A stretch of DNA of 64,000 bases from Xanthobacteraceae bacterium (GCA_035501735.1 DATJVR010000034.1:7638-71637); one strand, 5' to 3'. Numbered from the stretch's first letter, positions 38,379-47,154 are shown. The notes: generated by a model from the sequence alone, not told the origin. A program made the numbers and translations.

Positions 38379-38957
38379 ATGCGGCAACGGCGACGGTTGG
38401 CATTTGCTGCGCCAGTGATAGCAGGCGCGATCGTTGGAGCGATTGCCATAATTGTGTCGGTTGAAGGCAATCGACATACTTCGACGGACTCATTTTGCAC
38501 TTCGTGCCACGCCATGGCTAGTCTGGCGGCGGATTCGAATTTCAAACAGTCCGTGCATCGCAGCAATTCCGCGGGCGTGCGGGCAAGCTGCGGGAATTGT
38601 CACATCCCAGCGACCAATTGGTTCGTCGAGACTTACACGCACGTCATCAAGGGTACCAAAGACGTGATTGCTCAAATTTCTCACAATTATGACGACGCCG
38701 CCGTTTGGGAAGCGCGGCGCAAGCAGCTTGCGGATTTTGTGCGCGAGGAAATGAGATCGCAGGACAGCGTCACCTGCCGTTCTTGTCATGATGCGACTGT
38801 CGTGCATCCGGCGAGCGAGCGTGGCCGTGCCGCGCATGCGCTCTTGCTGGAAGGCCGAATGACCTGCATCGATTGTCATTTCAACTTGGTCCACGCGCCG
38901 GTACCGCCCGGCACGAGTTTTATTCACGGGTCCGGTCTTGGCCGGCAAACACAATGA
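38379..38957 (+). CDS. NapC/NirT-family membrane-anchored tetraheme quinol dehydrogenase
   Basis: N-terminal TM helix and four CXXCH motifs (CTSCH, CGNCH, CRSCH, CIDCH) with family-typical spacing. Confidence 0.85.
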   Translation: MRQRRRLAFAAPVIAGAIVGAIAIIVSVEGNRHTSTDSFCTSCHAMASLAADSNFKQSVHRSNSAGVRASCGNCHIPATNWFVETYTHVIKGTKDVIAQISHNYDDAAVWEARRKQLADFVREEMRSQDSVTCRSCHDATVVHPASERGRAAHALLLEGRMTCIDCHFNLVHAPVPPGTSFIHGSGLGRQTQ

Positions 38958-38986
38958 GAAATTCGGATTAGTTTGGAGGTTTGACA

Positions 38987-40162
38987 ATGGAACCGTCAAA
39001 GCGAAACTGGGCGAAGACCGTCGTCCTTCTTGCGGCGGCCGGTTCATCATCCGCGCTTTCAATCGGACTGGTATTGCTGGTAAGCGGAACGCCGCTTGCC
39101 CAAGACAGTACTCCGGCAACTCCGACGGCGCCGCCTGGCTTCACCGCGAATACGGAAATTCCGTTCTATTCCGATTGGGCAAGTTCGCCTCATGCCAGCC
39201 GCGCAGCGGAAGCTTTCAATCATTGGAACAAGGAAGGCGTAATTCCGGTCGAATGCGCGAGATGTCACTCGACGCCGGGTTTTCTCGATTATTTGGGAGC
39301 GGATGGAAGCGCCATCGGCGTTGTCGACCATCCTGCACCGGTCGGTACCGTCATTACCTGCATCGCCTGTCACAACAACAAGACGCGCCAGTTGACGACG
39401 GTCGTGTTTCCGTCCGGGCTCAAGGTCGAGAACCTAGGCGCCAACGCGCGCTGTATGACATGTCATCAGGGCGTTGAATCGACTGTAAGCATGAACAAGG
39501 CGATTGCGGGTCTTGCCGAAGATACACCGGAACCCAAGATTCAGTTTCTCAATGTCCATTACCGCGCCGCGGGCGCTACTCTGATGGGCACTTTGGCGCG
39601 TGTCGCGTACGAATATCCGGGTAAGACTTACGCCGGACGTTTACAGCATCGCGAGCCGTATACGAGCTGTACGACCTGCCACGACCTGCACACCGTTGCC
39701 GTCAAGGTGTCCGACTGCGCCGCGTGTCACAAGGAAGTCAGCGACAAGGCATCGCTGCACCTTATCCGGGTCAGCAAGGTCGATTACGACGGCAACGGCA
39801 ATGCCAACGAAGGAATCGCGCAGGAGATCGATCATCTTCGCGAGCGTCTGTTGACCGCGATCATGGCTTACGCCAAGTCCGTCGCCGGTAAGCCGATCGT
39901 CTATAATCTCGATGTCTATCCGTATTTCTTCATCGATACGAACAACAACGGCGTCGCAGATAAGGACGAGATTCGATTTCCCAATAAGTACAATGCATGG
40001 ACGCCGCGCCTACTCAAAGCCGCATACAATTATCAGTTTGTGACGAAAGATCCCGGCGCGTTCGCTCACAACCCGACCTACACGCTGCAGATACTCTATG
40101 ACTCGATCAGCGATTTGGGAGTGAAAACTCCGGTCGATATGACGAAGGCCAAGCGTCCCTGA
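38987..40162 (+). CDS. periplasmic pentaheme c-type cytochrome of unknown function
   Basis: Signal peptide, a Pro/Thr linker and five CXXCH motifs (CARCH, CIACH, CMTCH, CTTCH, CAACH) in the first ~250 aa, followed by a heme-free C-terminal domain of about 140 aa. GGAGG lies 7 nt before the ATG at 38987. Confidence 0.8.
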   Translation: MEPSKRNWAKTVVLLAAAGSSSALSIGLVLLVSGTPLAQDSTPATPTAPPGFTANTEIPFYSDWASSPHASRAAEAFNHWNKEGVIPVECARCHSTPGFLDYLGADGSAIGVVDHPAPVGTVITCIACHNNKTRQLTTVVFPSGLKVENLGANARCMTCHQGVESTVSMNKAIAGLAEDTPEPKIQFLNVHYRAAGATLMGTLARVAYEYPGKTYAGRLQHREPYTSCTTCHDLHTVAVKVSDCAACHKEVSDKASLHLIRVSKVDYDGNGNANEGIAQEIDHLRERLLTAIMAYAKSVAGKPIVYNLDVYPYFFIDTNNNGVADKDEIRFPNKYNAWTPRLLKAAYNYQFVTKDPGAFAHNPTYTLQILYDSISDLGVKTPVDMTKAKRP

Positions 40163-40214
40163 TGACGTCGTCCGGATCTTTTTATCGTAAAACGAACTGT
40201 CGGATACGAGGGCT

Positions 40215-41447
40215 TTAATTCGGTTGCGGCACTTGGCCGACGGTGGGTGCGATTCGTCGGGTTGCGGCAAGACCAGCGAGCGCAAGGGTCGTGAAGACCG
40301 CGCCTGCCAGAAAGGTGGCCCGAGAGCCGATAGTATCCCAAAGCGCTCCAGCGAGAATGCTCGCGGCAAGCAGGGCCAATCCGATCAGCAGGTTGAAAAG
40401 GCCGTAGGCCGTGCCTCGTAATTCCAGGGGAGCCGTGTCCGCGACGAGGGTCGCGAGCAGTCCCTGGGTGAAACCCAGGTGCAGTCCCCACAAGGCCACG
40501 CCGACTGCCACGCCCGCGATACTGCCCGTGAATGCGAGAACGAGATCCGCCGCAACCAGAATTCCGAAGCCCAGGCCAAGAACAGCGATGCGGTTGGCGC
40601 GGTCCGACAGAGCTCCGGCAGGATACGCAGCGAACGCATAAACAACATTCATCAGCACCAAGACCATTGGCACGAGCATCACAGGCAGTCCGACAGACTG
40701 TGCCTGAAGGATCAGGAAGGCTTCACTGAAGCGCGCAAAGGAGAATAGCACCGCAATACCAACGACCCACCAGTAGGCCAAGCCAAAGCGCCTCAGTTCC
40801 GCGAGGCTGAGAGGTGCGCGCACCTTTCGCAACCTCGGAGGGCGTTCCGGCTCGTGAACGGCAAAAATAAGCAACCCTACGCACAGAAACGCCGGCACAA
40901 CGGCAAACCAGAACACGGCATGAAAGTCATCGGCGGTGAGCCACATCAGCCCAATCGCCAACGCCGGTCCCAAGAATGCACCGACGGTATCGAGCGACTG
41001 CCGGAGACCGAAGCTCGCGCCGCGCAGATGCGTAGGCGCAATATCAGCCACCAGTGCGTCCCGTGGGGCTCCCCTGATACCCTTTCCGATACGGTCAATG
41101 AACCGCGCCGCCACCAGCCAGCCCACGGACGATGCAAGGGGAAATATCGGTTTGGTGAATGCTGACAAACCATAGCCGATGACAGCAAGCAGTTTGCGCC
41201 TGCCCAACCAGTCCGAGATCGAGCCGGAAAACACCTTCGTGATCGAGGCTGTGGCTTCTGCAATGCCTTCGATAAAGCCAACGGTGACCATCGTCGTGCC
41301 AAGGACGGAAACGAGGTAGACCGGCAGCAGCGCGTGAATGATTTCCGAGGAAACATCCATCAGTAACGAGACAAATCCGAGAGCCCAGATGGCCGGGGGA
41401 ATCTCGCGGAGCTGGGAAAAATGAGAGGTCGCCGTATTGTTCTGCAC
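40215..41447 (-). CDS. MFS transporter
   Basis: 410 aa and 12 predicted TM segments, with the loop 2-3 motif DWLGRRKLL. Confidence 0.75.
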   Translation of the reverse strand: MQNNTATSHFSQLREIPPAIWALGFVSLLMDVSSEIIHALLPVYLVSVLGTTMVTVGFIEGIAEATASITKVFSGSISDWLGRRKLLAVIGYGLSAFTKPIFPLASSVGWLVAARFIDRIGKGIRGAPRDALVADIAPTHLRGASFGLRQSLDTVGAFLGPALAIGLMWLTADDFHAVFWFAVVPAFLCVGLLIFAVHEPERPPRLRKVRAPLSLAELRRFGLAYWWVVGIAVLFSFARFSEAFLILQAQSVGLPVMLVPMVLVLMNVVYAFAAYPAGALSDRANRIAVLGLGFGILVAADLVLAFTGSIAGVAVGVALWGLHLGFTQGLLATLVADTAPLELRGTAYGLFNLLIGLALLAASILAGALWDTIGSRATFLAGAVFTTLALAGLAATRRIAPTVGQVPQPN

Positions 41448-41638
41448 TGACGCAGCCTATCGTTCTCAGTGTGAGAAGCAAGGCTAAGGCAGTCTGTCAC
41501 TGGCGCTGAATCGCCTATCAAGGATGTCTGCATCCACTTGGCATTCGAGCCCGACACTGAGCATCAAGATATTCCCGTGATGGGAACGACACCGTGAATC
41601 ATCGGTGCATCAATGCCAATTTTTTTGTATTGTAACCC

Positions 41639-42130
41639 CTACCTCACAAGACGCTCGCTGATTTGCTTTAGCGTCAATGGACGCAGCGCATCCCCGTCGA
41701 AATAAACAAAACGCAGCCGGCGTCGGCGGGCGACATGCGAGGCGGGAAGGGGATCGTATCGGAAGGTCTTGCCGCCAAGATGCGGCATGACCGCCCCCAC
41801 GTCGGCGATAAATTCGGTTTCCACCCGCAGCAGCGAAAACTTCCTGCCGTCTGCAAGATCGATCTCGAAGGGGACATGCGCGAGGCGCAGGAAGCTGGTC
41901 GGGTCGGTCGCGGCCGTGAAGCCCTCGATGAACGCCGCCTCGACGAGATCAACATCCGGCTCGGAGTGGTCATGATCCGCGTGCGGTGGCTCGCCGCGAT
42001 GCGGGGTCTGCCATTGCGCCACCTTTCCAGGCGGACGCTGATGGTTATGGCCGGCGCCGGCACTTTCGGCATGCGTGGAGCCATTGTGATGATGGTCGTC
42101 GTGATCGTGATGATAGTGCTTGCCGTGCAT
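41639..42130 (-). CDS. His-rich protein of unrecognised family (putative metallochaperone)
   Basis: 15 His in the first 55 residues (MHGKHYHHDHDDHHH...HNH...HADHDH), then a domain of about 105 aa that I do not recognise. The ATG at 42130 has a GAGG that overlaps the stop of the upstream gene. Confidence 0.6.
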   Translation of the reverse strand: MHGKHYHHDHDDHHHNGSTHAESAGAGHNHQRPPGKVAQWQTPHRGEPPHADHDHSEPDVDLVEAAFIEGFTAATDPTSFLRLAHVPFEIDLADGRKFSLLRVETEFIADVGAVMPHLGGKTFRYDPLPASHVARRRRLRFVYFDGDALRPLTLKQISERLVR

Positions 42131-42138
42131 GGCTTGCC

Positions 42139-43347
42139 TCAATAGCGCACAGGTTTGTCGATGATGGTTTTCTGGCTGCCGAGTTTGCCGTGCGCGACGA
42201 GCGAGCCGAGCGCCTCCACCACCACGCGAACGCCGAACAGCGCGGTGATATCCGACGTGTCATAGGGCGGCGAGACTTCGACCACTTCCAGCCCGCAGAT
42301 GCCCTCTGCGGCCACAAGGCCCAGCAGTTTCAGCGCCTCGCGCGGCAGGAAACCGCCGGGTTCCGGCCAGCCGGTGCCTGGCACGAAGCCGCAATCGACT
42401 GAATCCACGTCGAACGAAATATACACCGCATCGGCGTCCTTCCAGGCAAGCTCGAGCGCGATCTCGGCGGTTTTCTCAAGCCCGAACGATTCGATGTCGG
42501 AAATCGTCAGCACGTTGGTCTGGCGCTTACGCGCTTCCTGCACGCCGTAGCGCGGCACCTGCCAGCCGCCGATGCCGAGTTGCACCAGGTTCGTGGCCGA
42601 CACATTGGGCAAGTTCGTCGCCCAATACCAGGGCGTGGTGTGCATGCGTTCGTCGAGGTCCTTCTCCTGAATATCGATATGGCGATCGAAATGGACGATG
42701 CCGATGCGCTTGGACGTGCATTGCGCAATGCCACGCACGCAAGGAAAGCCGATCGAATGATCGCCGCCGAGCATGAGCGGCAGTGCGCCAGAAGAGAACA
42801 CGTGCGCGACACCACGTGAGATCTGGTCGAAACTCTTTTCCAGGTTGGCCGGAATCGTGAATACGTCGCCGGCATCGCACAGCGTCATCTGCTCGCGCAG
42901 GTCGACGCCGAGCTCGTAATTGTAGGGGGTGTACAGTGCCGAGATGCGACGAATTCCCTGCGGTCCAAAACGGGTGCCGGGTCGGTACGTCGTGCCGGAA
43001 TCAAACGGAATGCCAAGCACGGCGGCGTCATATTTGCCGACATCGCGGACATTTTCGACATAGGGTGCCTTGAGGAAGGTATTGATGCCGGCAAAATGCG
43101 GAAGCTCGCCGCGCGAAAATGTCGGGATCGATTTATCGGTGAGACTGTCCGCGCCGGGCAGTCCCATTGAGAGCGCCCATTGCTGCTCCTTGCGCCAGCT
43201 GGCGTCCGAGAGCTTTCCTTCGGCGTCGAGCGCCTTCCAGCCCTGGGTCGCCATCTTGTCGAAATCTGGATGGTGGCGCCGTTCGCGCCGCGGCGGCGGG
43301 AACAGGCCGGCTCCGCGTGAGCGGCGTGTCAAATGGTTCGCCATCAT
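42139..43347 (-). CDS. long-form arginase/agmatinase-fold ureohydrolase (guanidine- or guanidino-compound hydrolase candidate)
   Basis: LGGDHSIGF, HFDRHIDIQ and SFDVDSVDCGFVPGTGWPEPGG metal-ligand motifs. There is an N-terminal extension of about 80 aa relative to ~300-aa agmatinases. An ATGA overlap links it to the upstream gene. Confidence 0.8.
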   Translation of the reverse strand: MMANHLTRRSRGAGLFPPPRRERRHHPDFDKMATQGWKALDAEGKLSDASWRKEQQWALSMGLPGADSLTDKSIPTFSRGELPHFAGINTFLKAPYVENVRDVGKYDAAVLGIPFDSGTTYRPGTRFGPQGIRRISALYTPYNYELGVDLREQMTLCDAGDVFTIPANLEKSFDQISRGVAHVFSSGALPLMLGGDHSIGFPCVRGIAQCTSKRIGIVHFDRHIDIQEKDLDERMHTTPWYWATNLPNVSATNLVQLGIGGWQVPRYGVQEARKRQTNVLTISDIESFGLEKTAEIALELAWKDADAVYISFDVDSVDCGFVPGTGWPEPGGFLPREALKLLGLVAAEGICGLEVVEVSPPYDTSDITALFGVRVVVEALGSLVAHGKLGSQKTIIDKPVRY

Positions 43348-43799
43348 GACATCGCTCCTTGTGTCAGCCGCTCCTCGGCGATGAAAGGATGCACCTGCGG
43401 GATCAGAGATGCCACGAGATGGATCTTCCCGGATATCACACCGCGACGGGATGTCATCTCGTCAGCGATTATTTGCAGCTTGCGGGCGGCGCCCTGCACC
43501 AGAATGACTTCCATAGTCTGATTGTGCATCAGATGCACGTGAAGCGAACTGATCACTTCGTCGATGTAGCGAACCTGCAGGTCGGCCAATTGCTTTTGCA
43601 GGCCGGCCACCGAATTATTGTAGAACAGCGCAATGATGCCGACCATCACGTCCTTGCCTCGGTCGTGGCGGTGCCCGACGACGAACTGATGCAGCATGTC
43701 ATTGATGGCCTGCGAGCGGGTTTCAAAACCGCGCTCCGATATCATCTCATCAAGGTCGTGCAGCAGATTCCTAGGCAACGATATACTAATACGACTCAA
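43344..43799 (-). CDS. NikR-family (ribbon-helix-helix plus ACT-like domain) regulator with non-canonical metal site
   Basis: SRISISLPRNLLHDLDEMISERGFETRSQAINDML aligns to the NikR RHH, and SLHVHLMHNQTMEV aligns to the Ni-site strand. A TTG at 43799, 28 nt after the GS-like stop, gives a NikR-sized protein. Longer alternatives start at 43919 (ATG) and 43937 (TTG) but overlap the upstream gene. Confidence 0.65.
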   Translation of the reverse strand: MSRISISLPRNLLHDLDEMISERGFETRSQAINDMLHQFVVGHRHDRGKDVMVGIIALFYNNSVAGLQKQLADLQVRYIDEVISSLHVHLMHNQTMEVILVQGAARKLQIIADEMTSRRGVISGKIHLVASLIPQVHPFIAEERLTQGAMS

Positions 43800-43827
43800 T
43801 GGCCGGCGGGCTCCGGCGTGTGCGTGC

Positions 43828-45201
43828 CTAGAAGAGATGGCTGTACCGTTCGATTTCCCATGGGCTGATCGCAAGATGGTAGTCCTCCCATTCCTGTGTT
43901 TTATATTTGACGAACTCATCGCGCAGCTCCCTCCCAAGCGTCGCCTCTACCAGGGGATCGGCGGCAAAGGCGTGGACCGCTTCCTGTAGCGTTTGAGGCA
44001 GAAAATCAATATTACGCGCTCGCCGCTCGTTTTCTGAAATGGTGTAGAGGTTGTCCTCGTTCGGCTCGCGCGGATCGATTTTCTCGCGGATTCCTTCAAG
44101 GCCAGCCGCGAGCGCAAGCGTTGCCGCGAGGTAAGGATTGACTGCGCCATCGGCATTGCGGGATTCGCAACGGCCGCCACCGGCCGGGACCCGCACCGAA
44201 TTGGTCCGATTGTTCGAGCCGTAGGAATTGAACACCGGCGCCCAGCTGAAATAGCTCATGGCGCCCTGTCGGACGAGACGCTTGTAACTGTTGACCGTAG
44301 GCGCGAAAGCGGCGCAGAGCGCGCGCCCGTGGCGCAGGATGCCGCCGATGAAGTGGTAGCCAAGCTCGGTCAGCCCGAGACCGCGGCCATCCTTCGAAGG
44401 GTCGCAGGCAAAGGCATTGCGGCCGGTCTTGAGATCGTACAGCGACATATTGAAATGCGCGCCGGTGCCGGTCTTGTGCGCGAACGGCTTGGGCATCATG
44501 GTCGCGAGCAGGCCTTCTTCTTTGGCGAAATGCTTGGTCATGTAGCGAAAGAAGATGAAGCGGTCGCAGGTCATCAGAGCATCGGCGTAACGGAAATCGA
44601 ATTCGTACTGGCCGTTGGCGTCCTCGTGATCGAACGAATAAAGATCCCAGCCGAGTTCGTTGATGCACGTTGCGACCTTGTCGAGCCATTTGAAGTTGTC
44701 GAGAAAGGGGCGCAGGTCGTAACAGGGCTTCGTGAGCTTGTCGTCCGGGTTCGGGACCGAAAGCTTGCCGTCGCCATTTCGTTTGAGCACGAAAACTTCG
44801 CATTCGATGCCGAGATGGAATCCGAACCCCATGTTTGCCGCTCGCGCGAGCACGTTCTTCAGGGCCACGCGCGTGTTGAGCGGATAGGGTTTGCCCTGGA
44901 AGGCATTGTCTGCGGGCATCCAGGCAAGTTTCGGCTCCCACGGCAATTGGATGATGTGATCGAGGTCCGGAACGGACGTGAGCTCGTCCTCGTTCGGCGC
45001 CTGTCCGAGACCATCGAGCGCGTATCCGGTGTAGCGCTCCGAACCATGCGCCATGTGCATCAGATGGTCGAGCGGAACGATCTTGGCTTTCGGCACGCCA
45101 TGAATGTCGACATAGGCGCCGATGCAATATTTGACGCCTTTGGCGCGCAGTTGCTCCTGCGTCTGTTTGATTTTTTCATCGGAATACATCTGACAGTCCA
45201 T
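43828..45201 (-). CDS. glnT: type III (GlnT-like) glutamine synthetase-family ligase
   Basis: GS beta-grasp and catalytic-domain motifs are present ([18 protein letters not shown]...[19 protein letters not shown]...[13 protein letters not shown]). The size and sequence resemble rhizobial GSIII/GmaS-type proteins. The substrate is not assignable. Confidence 0.7.
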   Translation of the reverse strand: MDCQMYSDEKIKQTQEQLRAKGVKYCIGAYVDIHGVPKAKIVPLDHLMHMAHGSERYTGYALDGLGQAPNEDELTSVPDLDHIIQLPWEPKLAWMPADNAFQGKPYPLNTRVALKNVLARAANMGFGFHLGIECEVFVLKRNGDGKLSVPNPDDKLTKPCYDLRPFLDNFKWLDKVATCINELGWDLYSFDHEDANGQYEFDFRYADALMTCDRFIFFRYMTKHFAKEEGLLATMMPKPFAHKTGTGAHFNMSLYDLKTGRNAFACDPSKDGRGLGLTELGYHFIGGILRHGRALCAAFAPTVNSYKRLVRQGAMSYFSWAPVFNSYGSNNRTNSVRVPAGGGRCESRNADGAVNPYLAATLALAAGLEGIREKIDPREPNEDNLYTISENERRARNIDFLPQTLQEAVHAFAADPLVEATLGRELRDEFVKYKTQEWEDYHLAISPWEIERYSHLF

Positions 45202-45229
45202 CGCTCGCACACACCTTCTGCCGGCCGGC

Positions 45230-46159
45230 CTATTCAACGTTGTCGTTGACGTCGGCAAGGCGGACGACCATCGAATAGCTCTCCGCGTCTTCGTCCTCCG
45301 GCTTCGACTGGTGAATCAGCTCTTCCAGTCGCGCCTTGGTGGCGAGAAATTCCGGCGCAAGGAATTGCGCGGAGGTGCGCGGCCGGGGAACTGGAACCTC
45401 GATCATTTCCTGCACCTGGCCGGGATGGGCCGAAAGCACCAGAATGCGGTCGGCGAGAAAAATCGCCTCTTCGAGATCATGGGTGATGAAAACGATGGTG
45501 ATGTCGATCTTGCGCCAGATCTCCAGCAGGTGCGCCTGCATCCGGCAGCGGGTCTGCGCGTCGAGCGCGCCGAAGGGCTCATCCATCAGCAAAATGCGAG
45601 GCTGATTGGCGAGCGCGCGCACGATCGCGACACGCTGCTTCATGCCGCCCGACAGCTGGTGCGGGTAGGCGTCGGAAAATTTTTGCAGGCCGACAAGATC
45701 GAGCCATTGCATCGCCTGTTGCACGGCCTCGTCCTTGCCTTTGCCGTTGATTTCGAGACCAAACATCACGTTCTTTTTCACCGTGAGCCAGGGAAACAGC
45801 GTGTAGCCCTGAAACACCATGCCGCGATCGCTGCCGGGTTCGGTGACCGGCTTGCCCTGCAGCAGAACCTCGCCGCCGGAATTTTCCTCAAGGCCGGCGA
45901 TGATGCGCGCAAGCGTGGATTTCCCGCAGCCCGACGGTCCGATCACGCAAAGGAATTCGCGCCGGTGCGTGGTGAAATTGATGTTGTTGAGAGCAACGGT
46001 CGAACGCTCGCCGGTGTCGAAGATTTTGCTTAGACCCCGCACTTCCAGGATGACCTCGCGCGCCTTCAGGCGCTCAAAGCGCGCCCGGACGGCAGCGCTC
46101 TGATGCAGATAGGACGGGATCGGCTGGGGCGCGACGATTTTGTTCATCTGGCCACCCAT
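45230..46159 (-). CDS. ABC transporter ATP-binding protein (NitT/TauT family)
   Basis: Walker [10 protein letters not shown], signature [15 protein letters not shown], Walker [12 protein letters not shown]. Confidence 0.85.
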   Translation of the reverse strand: MGGQMNKIVAPQPIPSYLHQSAAVRARFERLKAREVILEVRGLSKIFDTGERSTVALNNINFTTHRREFLCVIGPSGCGKSTLARIIAGLEENSGGEVLLQGKPVTEPGSDRGMVFQGYTLFPWLTVKKNVMFGLEINGKGKDEAVQQAMQWLDLVGLQKFSDAYPHQLSGGMKQRVAIVRALANQPRILLMDEPFGALDAQTRCRMQAHLLEIWRKIDITIVFITHDLEEAIFLADRILVLSAHPGQVQEMIEVPVPRPRTSAQFLAPEFLATKARLEELIHQSKPEDEDAESYSMVVRLADVNDNVE

Positions 46160-46162
46160 CGC

Positions 46163-47131
46163 TCAAGCCGTCTTCACGAGTGACCGGTCCCAGGGAAAGA
46201 GGCGCCTGCCGACCAGCGCCAGCATCATATCGGTGCCGAGTCCGATGATGCCGATGATGATGATCGCGGCGTAGACGTTGGCGAAATGCTGGTAGCGGGC
46301 CTGCTGGGTGATGAACCAGGTGATGCCGGACATCGTGCCGATCAGTTCGGCCACGATCAGATAGGTCCAAGCCCAGCCGAGCAGGATGCGCTGGTCGCGA
46401 TAGAGGTCCGGGAGTATGCCGGGTACGACGACGCGGAACAGAAGCTTGGTGTTCCGTGTCCCCAGTGTCAGCGCAGCCTCGACCAGCGCCACGTCGAGTT
46501 TCCGGGTGGTATTGGCAATGATCAGGACCTGCTGAAACAAGGTACCGATGACTATGATGGTGATCTTCGGCCCATCGTAGATGCCGAGGATCGCGACCGC
46601 GAGCGCTCCGAATGCCGGCGCCGGCAGATAACGGAAGAATTCGACAAAAGGTTCGTTGATGCGTGAGAAAATCGCATAGGTGCCGCAAAGGACGCCGAGC
46701 GGCACGCCGATGATCGACGAAATTACAAATCCCCAGAATATGATCTGAATACTATGCCAAAGACTTTGGTGCAGCCACTGGCCGTTTTGTGCAAGCGGCG
46801 GCTCCCTGAACGATTCATAGAGAGCAATGGCGACTTCGTGCGGGGCAGGAAGGTAGATCGGATTGGCCGGGTCGCCTTGCGGCGGCGCCCGATTTTCATT
46901 CCGTGCATCCTCGACCTCGGTCTCGAATGCCGCGTAGTTCATCCGCATGCCCGGCTGCAGAAATTCGACCGAGCCGGGATTCGTGATTCTGACCTGCGGG
47001 TGCCAGACAAATGGGACATAGCTGACGATGCACCAGACAAGGACCGGCAGCACGAACGAGAGCCAGCCGGCCACAAGCCTGGCGTGCGGTGGAAGCGGTC
47101 GCAGGACCTGGAACAACCGGATCCACTTCAT
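46163..47131 (-). CDS. ABC transporter permease (NitT/TauT family) with extended N-terminal periplasmic segment
   Basis: The EAA-like loop region EAALTLGTRNTKLLFRVVVPGILP is present. Confidence 0.8.
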   Translation of the reverse strand: MKWIRLFQVLRPLPPHARLVAGWLSFVLPVLVWCIVSYVPFVWHPQVRITNPGSVEFLQPGMRMNYAAFETEVEDARNENRAPPQGDPANPIYLPAPHEVAIALYESFREPPLAQNGQWLHQSLWHSIQIIFWGFVISSIIGVPLGVLCGTYAIFSRINEPFVEFFRYLPAPAFGALAVAILGIYDGPKITIIVIGTLFQQVLIIANTTRKLDVALVEAALTLGTRNTKLLFRVVVPGILPDLYRDQRILLGWAWTYLIVAELIGTMSGITWFITQQARYQHFANVYAAIIIIGIIGLGTDMMLALVGRRLFPWDRSLVKTA

Positions 47132-47154
47132 CGCAATCTACACCCGTCCGCGCG

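Noticed and set aside
38987-40162. Pentaheme protein as cytochrome c nitrite reductase NrfA (with the NapC-type protein as NrfH)
   Set aside because: There is no CXXCK heme motif, the heme spacing differs from what I remember for NrfA, and the protein is roughly 100 aa too short. It is left as unknown function.
43800-43937. Longer N-terminus for the NikR-like gene (ATG 43919 / TTG 43937)
   Set aside because: It would overlap the 3' end of the GS-like gene by 90-110 nt and add a basic, non-homologous leader. The TTG at 43799 gives a protein starting directly at the RHH strand, as in NikR. It is kept as an alternative because it cannot be excluded.
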